From the NCBI GenBank assembly GCA_964016885.1, contig OZ024740.1, positions 162,874,001-162,938,000 of the forward strand: a stretch of 64,000 bases of DNA, read 5' to 3'. Both the position numbers and the translations under genes were made by a program. Below are positions 1 to 57,443 of the stretch, piece after piece. Source of the DNA: Eledone cirrhosa (Eukaryota). The notes below the pieces were generated by a model. The model was not told the origin of the DNA and searched no databases. It worked only from the letters and a program-made list of their open reading frames with translations. How positions within the stretch are numbered: the first letter of the stretch is position 1; each line of letters starts with the position of its first letter.

Positions 1-800
1 TTCTGTGAGAGAGACTGATGTTCTGTGAGAGAGACTGATGTTCTGTGAGAGAGACAGATGTTCTGTGAGAGAGACTGATGTTCTGTGAGAGAGACTGATG
101 TTCTGTGAGAGAGACAGATATGTCCTGTGGGACAGACAGATGTTCTGTGAGAGAGACAGATGTTCTGTGAGAGAGACAGATATGTCCTGTGAGACAGACA
201 GATGTTCTGTGAGAGAGACAGATGTTCTGTGAGACAGACAGATGTTCTGTGAGACAGACAGATGTTCTGTGAGACAGACAGATGTCATGTGAGAGAGACA
301 GATGTTCTGTGAGAGAGACTGATGTTCTGTGAGAGAGACAGATGTTCTGTGAGAGAGACTGATGTTCTGTGAGAGAGACTGATGTTCTGTGAGAGAGACA
401 GATGTTCTGTGAGACAGACAGATGTTCTGTGAGAGAGACAGATGTTCTGTGAGAGAGACTGATGTTCTGTGAGAGAGACAGATGTTCTGTGAGAGGGACT
501 GATGTTCTGTGAGACAGACTGATGTTCTGTGAGAGAGACAGATGTTCTGTGAGAGGGACTGATGTTCTGTGAGACAGACAGATGTTCTGTGAGACAGACA
601 GATGTCATGTGAGAGAGACAGATGTTCTGTGAGAGAGACTGATGTTCTGTGAGAGAGACAGATGTTCTGTGAGAGAGACTGATGTTCTGTGAGAGAGACT
701 GATGTTCTGTGAGAGAGACAGATGTTCTGTGAGAGAGACAGATGTTCTGTGAGACAGACAGATGTTTTGTGAGAGAGACAGATATGTCCTGTGTGATAGG
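1..800. repeat. 20-bp minisatellite (gatgttctgtgagagagaca), about 40 copies
   Basis: Direct tandem repetition; explains the spurious ORFs 285..881 and 605..826. Confidence 0.97.
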
Positions 801-1111
801 CAGATGTGAAACAGACAGATATCCAATGAAGTAGTGTGATAAAAGAAAGAAAAAAAAAGAAGAAAAGAAGCAAAATGGCAAAATAGATTTTGAATAGAGT
901 AAAAATAGATTTTAGATAACTTTAAGATTTCAAAGTTTTTTTTAAAGCTTTTACAATGTATTTTTATGGTGGTGGGATATGGTCATTGTTCAATATAAAC
1001 ACACCCTTTCTCATACATTCACATACACACATATATATGGTGATTCAAGTAGATACATATATTATTGTCACCTTTAATATCATTGTAATTCACTTGTACA
1101 CCATCACTTAA

Positions 1112-1187
<76 letters not shown>

Positions 1188-1444
1188 GAGTTTTCATTTG
1201 CAATTTGGTTGTACATATATTCATATATATATATATATAATAGGTTAACATAGGCCTGAGATAAGACATTTGCAGGAAGGGAACAGTCGGTTATGTCGAC
1301 TACAGCACTTGACTGGTACTTTATTTTATCACCCTTGAAAGGATGAGAGGCAAGGCTGACCTTAGAACAAATACTGCAAGGCATCTTGTCCAATACTATA
1401 ATGATTCTGTCAATCTCCCACTGCCAAATGATAATAATAATAAG

Positions 1445-1632
1445 AATAATTGTTTCTACTTTTGGCACAAGGCCAGCAATTACCCAGTCTATTACTGGTA
1501 CTTTATTTTATCGACCCCGTAAGGATGAAAGGCAAAGTTAACCTCGGCGGGATTTGAACTCAGATCATAAAGGGACGTAACTCTATGCTTCAAAGCATGG
1601 TGTCCGACTCTCTACCGATACTGCCAATCCAA
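1445..1632 (-). mobile_element. tRNA-derived SINE (family A); other copies near 17135-17295, 33830-34040, 46270-46430, 51925-52115, partial copies near 5000-5170, 5380-5470, 7380-7590, 60270-60370
   Basis: Minus strand has an A-box TGGCAGTATCGG and a B-box GAGTTCAAATCC, a shared body and an (AAT)n-type tail; several near-identical dispersed copies. Confidence 0.8.
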
Positions 1633-2707
1633 AGAATAATGCCAACAAATAAGACAGATGTGGAATATTGAATATGTGCTGATATTAAAGATTAGATATT
1701 CATGCCTGCTAAATATGGCATTTTTACCACACAAATATCTACACATTAATCAACTTTTATTATAAATTAAAAAAATTTGCTTTATCTCTCTCTCTCTTTT
1801 CTTTTCAGATATCCAGGAATCACACTATAAATTGTTAAAGCCATTTGAATTTTATCTAATGGTTATCAACATAAAGTGAACTTATGAAAATTAACTTGAG
1901 AAAAATTCTATTTGCTTTATCTATCTAAAGTGCCTAATCTTTTTATACATCAAGCAGAAACAGTAATTTCATTTTTTTTTTTTTTTCTGCCATTTTTTTT
2001 TTACATTCTTATTTATACATTATTTTTTTTGTTAATTCAAAATATTCACTTTATAAAACAGATGTTTTCCATAAACCAAAATTTCTGTAATTTGATTGAA
2101 ACAATAATTTTTTAAAAACTCTGAATAAAAATCAAACATGAATAGAATTTCAATATATAAAAAAGTTCAATTTCAATAGGAAGTTGATAGAATGCTTCTC
2201 TTTTACATTTTTGTTTTAGATTCTAAATTTAGAATTCAAATTCTAATATCAGTTTCAAAAATATATTGTTCAATTCATTTTATTTTCAATCTAAATATTT
2301 TTCAGAAGATTGAAAAAAACCTAAGAATTGAAAAGCTGACTCCTTCCCTCTATATGAAAACAATTGAACTGAAATTTCTATATCTTGTTAGTACTTAAAA
2401 TCCTGTTAATTTTATCAATCTAAATGCTTCATATTTACATATTTCTGATACTATAGCTTCCTATAGATGGAGGGAGAGTAAGATAGGGAGAGACAATGAG
2501 AGAGAGAGAGGGGGGAGAGAAAGAGACAGACTTCTTTAGTTTATGGCTAAGAGAGAAGGATAAAATGATATTCAATTTGTTATATACAAATATGTGTATA
2601 TTATATACATATCAACAGTTGCTTGAATATGTGAGTGTGACAATAGATAGAGGTGAGATCTTTTGTGTGTATCTATTTTAAGCCAGGCACATACCTTCAT
2701 TCCTTTT

Positions 2708-3059
2708 CATTGTGTATATACATAAACATATATATATATATATACATATATAAACATACATGTATATCTATACACATACATATATAAACACACACACATA
2801 TATAAACATATATATATACTTATATATATATACATATATAAACATACATGTATATCTACACACATACATATATAAACACACACACATATATAAACATATA
2901 TATATATATATATATATACATATATATACATATATACATACATATATATCTATACACATACATATATAAACACACACACATATATAAACATATATATATA
3001 CTTATATATATATATATATATACATATATACATACATATATATACACACATATGTATAC

Positions 3060-3092
<33 letters not shown>

Positions 3093-3290
3093 CATAAACA
3101 TATATATATAGGCCTTGTGTATTATTTTGCAGTACACACACATACATAAACACTATACACACACACATATATATACATATGTGTATATATATATGTGCGT
3201 GTATCTGTATGTATGTAAATATATTATACATACATACATATGTATGTGTATGCCTTCCAGTATACATGCACACATATACACATGTGCATA
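2708..3290. repeat. Compound (TA)/(CA) microsatellite with about 88-bp higher-order units
   Basis: The block catacatgtatatctatacacatacatatataaacacacacac recurs at about 88-bp spacing. Confidence 0.9.
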
Positions 3291-4270
3291 TTAGGATCAT
3301 TTATTTATTTTATAATAAAGAATTTATTATAGAAAGTCTACAAGTAAACTACAAGAAAGTGAATGTTGTATAAGAACTGATCTATACATTTCCTATAGAC
3401 TTCTTACCTTATAAACTACAATGTTCTAAGTGATCCGTTAAGACTAGACATAATTTGATTTTTACATCTAAATCAGTAAGATTGAACTACAACTAGATAG
3501 TATTCTGATGAATGACAAAGTGGAACATGGAAAATTTTGTGGTGGTAGAGGAGAAAAATAATGAAAAACACTTAATAGTAATAATATCCATAATAGTAAT
3601 AATATTAATCCATGTTTTTGTTTTCCTCACAAAGATAAAAAGTTAAACATTTTCCGAGCATCTGCTGTGTTAAAGCATTATCTCAATTTATCTCGCATGA
3701 TATGATATAAGAGGTGAAAATGAAATCAAGATAAACATTCTAAAATGAACACAACACTCCAAATTAAGGTTTTGGTTGGCACAAATATTAAAACTACATT
3801 AAAAAAAAAATTAAAGAAAACATAATTAAAATAAGTATAATGTATAGGTCGTGTGAATTTTCATTTTTTATGTTTTTTTCTTATTATTTTTGGCTCTCCC
3901 TTACTATTAACAAATTATTTGTATTTCATATAGAACTGTTGTTGCATGGGGTTGTTAAAAAAATAAAAATAAAAAAAGATTCAAGGTAGGATGTTTAGTT
4001 GATTGTTAGCAACCAGGAAAAAAGAAGTAAAAATATGTAAACAAATTTCCTTCTTATAAATACAATGCTTTGTTTTGTCGGAGAGATAGAGAGAAAACAT
4101 TTGAAATTTCTGTAGCAAAAAGTAAGTTTCCCTGTGAACAAGAAGAACTTCACAGAAAAAAATGTATTTCTTCTTTAACATCAGTATTAATATTGGCCAT
4201 ATATCAATTACTGAAAGAGCCATAAATGTTAGTGCTGATCGACACACACTTCACATTAATTGTCCTATTC

Positions 4271-49851
<45,581 letters not shown>

Positions 49852-51050
49852 CTAATAAAGAAAAGAGTAAACAGGAATCAGTATAAAAGATGTAATTACA
49901 CAATATTACACAGTGAGCTCACAACTTATTGTCATTGTTATGGCAGCTTAATCAATTATGCTTCATGAGGATATAAAATTAATATTTAAATCACTATACA
50001 TTTGCAACTGGGAGAAAACTTGCTACAAAGAAAACAGAAAATATATATATATTAAAAAAAACGTTATTACAAGCATGTCCATCTTTTGATTCTTATATAT
50101 TGTACAATAGTGATGATGATGACAACGATGATATATATATAATATTATTGAATAAAATGACAGGAGGCCGGATTGGTGAAATTCCTTTAAAGTTTTATTT
50201 TTGCAGACGCTATATATATATATATTTCAATGGCCAGTAGAATCCCAGTGACATCATCAGGTGTATTGCATAATTCAGTTGTGAATCACCAATTATATAT
50301 CTATGTAAGAGTCTATATAAATGTATGTAGAGATGCGCACGCGTGGGTTTGTGTGTGTGTGTGTGTGTATGTATATTTGTATGTGTGTGTATATATATTT
50401 ATATTTTCTCCATTATAAGATATTATTTTAACTCAGTCTCACTTTCATTTTTAATAGATATCATTTTCAAAATTTATATCCAAAACATAATTGTTTTGTC
50501 TGACAAACGAGCTAGATGTTTCTGTAAGAATCATCCAGTTTCTCGAAACCTTCGGTAATAAAATATTTATATTGTGTTCTTTATTATGTAATTAAATAGC
50601 TCTGTACAATACATAGAGCATTCTTCTTTCCTTTACCTTTTCTACAGAAATACTTAACATGTAAACAAGCCATCAGAGCATCAAGTAAGTTAAAATTCTT
50701 AGAAACCTTAGAAAATCTTGAATGTAGAAAACAACTGTGAACACAGTTGATTGTTATAAATAATAGCTTAGAAAATTGAGTAAAATACCCCTATAAACAG
50801 AAAAAGTGGCCAACAACCACAACAGAGAATCAAACATTGTATCTCTGTAGTGGATGCTAGTTGGACACATTTTCCATCTATAAGGGTATTTTATCCAATT
50901 TTTTAAGCTATTATTTATAGCAATCAACTATGTTCACAGTTATTTTCTGTAGTTTCTAAGAATTTAAATTCACTTCACACTTTGATGATTTGTTTACAAA
51001 TGTCATTTAAAGCTGATCTTTAGCTTCTATTTAGAGAGTAATTGTCATTA

Positions 51051-51252
51051 GGAGACGTTTAGCTCAATGAAACAGAGCACTGACCAGAATATTTGAGATG
51101 TTCAAAGTTCAATTCTCTATAATGCCAGCTGGCCACCACCTTTCCATCTACGGAGGTATTTTACCTGATTTCCTAAACTATTTATTACTTATAGCAGTCG
51201 ACTGTGTTCCCAGTTATTTTCTGGGTTCGAGATTTTCTTTAGTTTCTAAGAA
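51051..51252 (+). mobile_element. tRNA-derived SINE
   Basis: A-box TAGCTCAATG, B-box GTTCAATTC; the body matches the arms of the hairpin at 50660-50998. Confidence 0.55.
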
Positions 51253-52831
51253 TATATGCATGTATATATATATATTAGGGCTGCCAACACTTTTTTCTCA
51301 ATAGTTCAAAAACTTTGTTTAAAATGTACCAAATGTAATTACCCACTTCCATACACTTCCAATGACCTAACACTCCACCCTTCACCTATGTCCTAACAGA
51401 GAGAGATGTTCTAGTCTTAACACATCAAAAACCACTAGCCTTGTCATATACTGATTCAGCTTTAGAATTACATTCATGGTTCATAAGTCTGTAGAATGGT
51501 CAGCCACTTAATTTAACAAGTTGGACATCAGTTTATGAAACAACTGAATGCCTGTTGTCAAAAGTGGCATAGGAACCATGATCTGACACAGACACAATGC
51601 ATCTGTTTCACTGGAGGGATTATATTATTAGAAACCAACAAACAAAAAAAATGTACTTTGGGGACAGACTACCCACTGGCAATTGACTGTCATACAGTTC
51701 AGAAGAATTTTGCCCTTCTGAACCTGTCAGTTTCTTATTGACCCTCCATCATTTCTAATGATCAGTGCTTCAGTTGATTCAGTTAACGGAACTGCCTGCT
51801 CATGAAATTAATGTGTAAATGACTGAGCATTCCACAGACATGTGCACCCATAACATAGTTCTCAAGGAGATTCAGGGTGACATAATGTGAGATATGGCTG
51901 CTTGGTTTTAGCTGGTTTGGTACCAAATAATTGTTTCTACTTTTGGCACAAGGCCAGCAATTACACCAGTGCATTACTGGTACTTTATTTTATCGACCCC
52001 GTAAGGATGAAAGGCAAAGTTAACCTCGGCGGGATTTCAACTCAGACCATAAAGGGTTGTAACTCTTTGCTGCAAAGCATGGCGTCCGACCCTCTACTGA
52101 TACTGCCAATCCACTGCCCCTTGGAACCAAATAATGACAACCACAATGAAGATCTAGGCTCAACTCATCAGGAGCTTAGCTTATCCAATTTTCCTTATGA
52201 TTACTTTTTTATGGCTTAATCAGAAGGGGTTGGGCAGTACTCATGACCCTTTTCAGGATGCCTGTGACTGATGGGAAGAAGTTTTCATTTGACTGGAGAC
52301 TTGGCTTCAATGCTTGTAACAGAGTAGAGCCAGCCAATGGCATCCAAGTGTCAGGTGGTGATGTTAAACTGGGTGTCAGATTAAGTTTACTTCTATTATG
52401 AATCTACATAAAGGTTTATGAATACATGTACAAAGACACATCAAACACATACACACAAAAGAAGATATCCTTTTTAACATATACATATTTAATAAGATCT
52501 GTGGGATGGTTATTAAGAACACACTCCTCAACAAGTCTACAATATTCTCAGATTATTTTTCATTTTAAATTTAACACATTATTTTAGAGTGGAGATAGCA
52601 TAAATATGATGATGATGACAATGGAACTTGAAACTAATGAAACAGTAAAATATATAATTTTATCTTAGTTACTTGTTGGGCTTAAAATGTATTATCTCAA
52701 AATGATTTCCATGTGTCAGATAATTTAGATCATATTTAGAACAATATTCATAGCGTTTCTTTGTTTCAATTCTTGTGTTCATGTTTGTTCATTGATTCAT
52801 TCTTTCTCTTTATTTCTCCCTCCTTCCGTAT

Positions 52832-52900
<69 letters not shown>

Positions 52901-55167
52901 CATATACAAAGTATTTCAATAGTGTCTTTTCATCTATATGTTTGAACTGCCATTTCTCTCATACACCACATGAAAGCTCTTAATGGTCGGTCAATAAATG
53001 ATAGTAGGGAAACAATAAAACTAAATATGCTGTTGCATTATGAGATGTGTGTGTGTAAGAGAAAAAGAGAGACAGATTGTAGAAAGACAGACATATTGCA
53101 TGTAACTGTATGTTTCTGTTCATAAATGAGTGTATAGAAAGCCAACAAAAGTGGGTTCCTTAGCAAACTATTGAGTACAATGGACCATTCAGTAATGAAC
53201 ATCCATGGTAACGAAAATCATCTTAAAGTTTTTCCATTAATTTGGAAACAAATAGAATCATGGCAATGAATGATTTTCATTCAAAAATATCAAATTAAAA
53301 ACTAAGGTCAGGAAAGGTCACTTGGGCTCACTCACGTAAATTCTGTATGCTGGTGCATGGATAGCTTTTATATTGATTTGGCATCAATTTATGAGAGGTA
53401 TTTGTCTTGTGAGCATCTATTTTGTGCCCCTCAATAATTTGGTGACTGTTAAATAATTTCCCACTCTTCTGGTAATATTTGTCAAGTAAGACAAACAATG
53501 TAAACAAAGCAATACATTGAAAGCCAATTGCTTTCTTTCTGTTGATTCATTCTTGTATTTACAGTGCAGTTATTACACTGCTTTTATGATATGCATTTCA
53601 TTTTATTTATAATTTGAATTTTATTAATTTTTAAAAGAATGCTTTGGGTATAGACTTTAGAACTGGTTAAGGTTTGGGAATGAATTGTCCCTAAATACAT
53701 ATATTTTAATTGATGCGGTAGCACATTTTTGTGATAACAAATGAGGTTTTAGGTTAGACTAAAGGGCCCATGGTAATGTAATAATAGAGGGGCATAGACC
53801 TAGTGTTGATAGTCAAATATCAGTGTTAATTCAAACAAACTTATGATCAAAGGCATGCCAACCATCAGGGCCTCCAAAAGAAACTTTGCAAGGCAGTACA
53901 AGACCCCTCTGGGGCCTGAAGCAGGCAAAGATTTTTCACAAAATGGATGTTGCATGGTTGCTGTGAGAACCTTCTTAGCTCTTGGGCTCTGGAACAAAGT
54001 ACCAGCTAATCCCCCATCTCATAGGCCCTGTCAGCCATCCCCATCTGTCTTTTGAGAGATCTATAACAATATTTTCCAATGTGTCTATCCTTTTTGTAAG
54101 ACAGTAGATGTGATTTGAGGAAAATTAACTTGCTTTATCCAAGTGGTCAAGCAGCCATGTGGTGGCTCCTGGACAAGAAAAACATATTGTTGTTTAGTCA
54201 TTAGTTAGTCATGATTGAGCAAATCTACAAAGGCATTCCAACCATGACCATCCTATCTTTTATTTCAGACATTTTGTATCTATGACTACAATATCCAATG
54301 TGTACTTTCCTTTTTTAAAATGGTAGGAAGTGATTTTAAGGGAATTTAGCTACTATTTATAGCAAGTCAAGTTTCCAAATAGAGCCTTATTACCACGAAT
54401 GTAAATAATTATCAGCTCTATAGAAGTTAACTTTAGTAAGTCGGACATCAAAGTTTGGACAACAGGAAGCCATTAAAAATATGAAGTGTGAGAACTTATT
54501 GATGATGATGATGATGACAATACACAAGATATACTGAAGCAATAGAACAGGTGAAGTTCTAATTACACACACATACTCACTTATACACATATGGATAGAT
54601 TTGAATGGAATTGACCTCCACTGGTTTCAACAATGAGTTTTCCAGTTGTTCAATCAATGGAACAGCTTGCATATGAAATTAATGTGTACATAGCTAAGCA
54701 TTTAACAGTCATGTGTACCTTTAACCCTTTAGTATTTACATTTCTCTATATTTACTATTGTATTTTCATGGTAAACACTTTATCTTACATAATATCAAAT
54801 CTATGAGATTTTGATGTTATTTATTTTGAGAACGATACCTTAACATAAGTATGAGCAGCTGGTTATGGCCAATTTAAACAGAAAGAGGTGAGAGAATTCT
54901 GGCCGGATATGGCTGGCTTAAATTAATTCTCATGGAAATTTAGTGTAACACAGTTTGTGATAAGGCTTCCAAGCAGTTCTTGTCTACTCATTTTCACTAA
55001 AAGTATTGGTTGACTCAAAGCTATGACACTTGCCCAAGATGCTTCACAGTAGGATCAAACCCTGGCCCTAATGATTGCAAAGTGAACTTCTTAACCATTC
55101 AGTCATGCTGTGTCCACTTATATAAATACGTACACACACTTATATAAATACATGCACACATGCACAT

Positions 55168-55208
<41 letters not shown>

Positions 55209-56759
55209 CTGTTGCGAATCATCTATGCATTAATCATTATTTCTTTTGTATGATGTAAAGATCTACTGCAGATTTGACATTCATCACATACCATTCCCGG
55301 ATGTTAGCATATTCAGTGCATGGAGTATTAAAAAATTAAAGCTATAAATAAATATGCAGTAATCATAATCAAAGAAAAATATTAGTCAATGACAAACAGG
55401 GGAAATATAACAAGTGTGTTGGCTTGCATTAAAAATTATTAGAGGGATGCTCCAGTATCCCTTGTTGCGGTGTATGATTAAATGTAAGTCTTCTTCCCAT
55501 TTTTTCTACTTTATTATTTCCCCACATTATTCTTCTGTGTATATCTGTTTGTTCTTATTCCTTATATATATTGTTATATTTGGAGAGGATCATGTTGTCC
55601 TAATATTGCAAAAAAAATAATAAAACACACTGTTTGGTTTGGTTTTCAGTATATATTTTTATATTTCTATCAATAATTTAGCTGGCAATCAATGTTTATT
55701 ATCACTGAATTGATAATCACTGAAGGTGTCACATGAAAATGTGTGATGAAAGAACTCTGAGAGACTATATTTATATTTATATTTTTAACTGTTGGTCAAT
55801 CAATGATAAACATTGATTGCCGGCTAAATTATTTATAGAAATATAAAAATATATATACTGAAACTGAAGTGAAAACCAAACCAAACATGGTGTGTGTTTT
55901 ACTAATTTTGGCAATATTAGGACAACATGACCCTCCCCAAAATACAACAATATCCATTTCAACACACGATTTTGTATCAAAAACCTTGCAAAACAAATAT
56001 ATATTATATATGTGTGTGTGTGTGTATGATTGCTTAGCCACATGTTGGCCCTGTGATCAAACTATTTTATTGCAAGAACATATTATCTAATATGTTCTTT
56101 GTCTCTTTTTAAGATGGTAGGGTTTGATCTGGCTGCTGTTTCTAGTAGGGCAAGTGATCACATAGGGGCTCCTCATTATCTCAAATATATATGCTTGTTT
56201 ATGGATGTCATGTGGGAGAGTGTTTTTGTAGGTTTGTTAGGTAAAAATGAGAGAAATGATGTGCGTGAACAATGAAGCATGGATGATGATTGTTGGGTAA
56301 AGAGGTGCCTGTAAATCTAAGTGGAAGGTAGCTGCAGTAGAGGATGACCAAGGAAGACATGGACAGAGGCAGTGAGGCTCACAACCACAACAAAGATAAC
56401 AAAGGAACACAATGAATGGATAGGAGTTGTGTTGGTGAAGTGGGCATAAAATGAAGATGATGATATATATCAACATCATCAACATCGTTTAACGTCCATT
56501 TTTCCATGCTAGTATAGGTTAGATATACATATATATCTATACATATAAATCCTGACCACAGCACCAAATGGTTTCGCGTTGAAAAGGCTTGCTGAACACC
56601 CAAGCTGAAGCTGCTTGGTGCTGCAGTCAGATCTCTATACCCATTCTACCTCTCCCCATGTATTGAGTACGCACATGATTAGTGATCTCCCCAGTCTCAG
56701 CATTGAAAACTCTCTATATATTATATATAGATATACACGCACACATATATATATATATA

Positions 56760-57443
56760 CGCTGTGTGTAGAAGACTTGCGTAGATTAGAAAGAAATGAA
56801 GCTTGTATGTGTAATAGTAATATACGTGAACGGCAAAGCATAAACGAGCTGAGAGAGAGACTGAGCATAAGAGGAATCAAATGCTGTGTGCAGGAGAGGA
56901 GGATGCGTTGGTATGGACATGTGATGCGTATGAAGGATGACAGCTGCATAAAAAAGGTGCAGAGCACTAAAAGTTGATGGAAGCTATGGAGTGGGGGGAG
57001 CCAAGAAGACCTTGGATGAGGTGATAAAAGCGGACCTTGCCCAATTGCACCTCTCAACAGCAATGATACATGACTGTGACCTCTGGCGTCATGCAGTAAT
57101 ACAGAAGACCCAACTTCCCACGGGAACAAGCCGAAGCCAAAGGCTATAGACAATATGCCCCAACCCCATCCCACTGCAAAGTAGTCGTGGAGGTGTCATG
57201 ACAAAAAAGCACCCAGACCATACTGTAAAGTGGTCGTGTAGGCGCCACGGAAAAAAGCATGCAGCACTCACTGTAAATGAGGTTTGTTTTAGGAAGGGCA
57301 TCCAGCTGTAGAAATCAAACCAAAATCACCTCCCATATGAGCAAGACAAGGTCACCCGACTGGGCACTGCCCACAACAGGACAACCCGTCTAATCCATGC
57401 TAGTGTGGCAGAATGGACGTAAAACGGTGATGATGATGATGAT
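56760..57443 (+). mobile_element. RTE LINE 3' fragment
   Basis: EDLRRLERNEACM...RWYGHVMRMKDDSCIKK, 3' UTR and (GAT)n; near-identical to 38925-39587. Confidence 0.9.

Noticed and set aside
285-881. 198-aa repetitive ORF
   Set aside because: Translation of the 20-bp minisatellite (three units make 60 nt); no splice or homology support
2707-3373. YI/CV-rich ORFs (also 24283-24952, 45077-45316, 63576-63989)
   Set aside because: Microsatellite translations
880-4270. SLC4 3' UTR end and poly(A) site
   Set aside because: Many AATAAA matches in AT-rich DNA; none can be singled out without transcript data
52215-52403. Minus-strand open frame of about 64 codons after a plausible acceptor (IHNRSKLNLTPSLTSPP...)
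   Set aside because: No convincing donor in the needed phase, ends in a stop, and has no SLC4 similarity
56551-56632. Short inverted repeat ctgaccacagcaccaa / ttggtgctgcagtcag with GAAACCA..TGGTC on the minus strand
   Set aside because: No CUGANGA core; too degenerate to call a ribozyme or MITE
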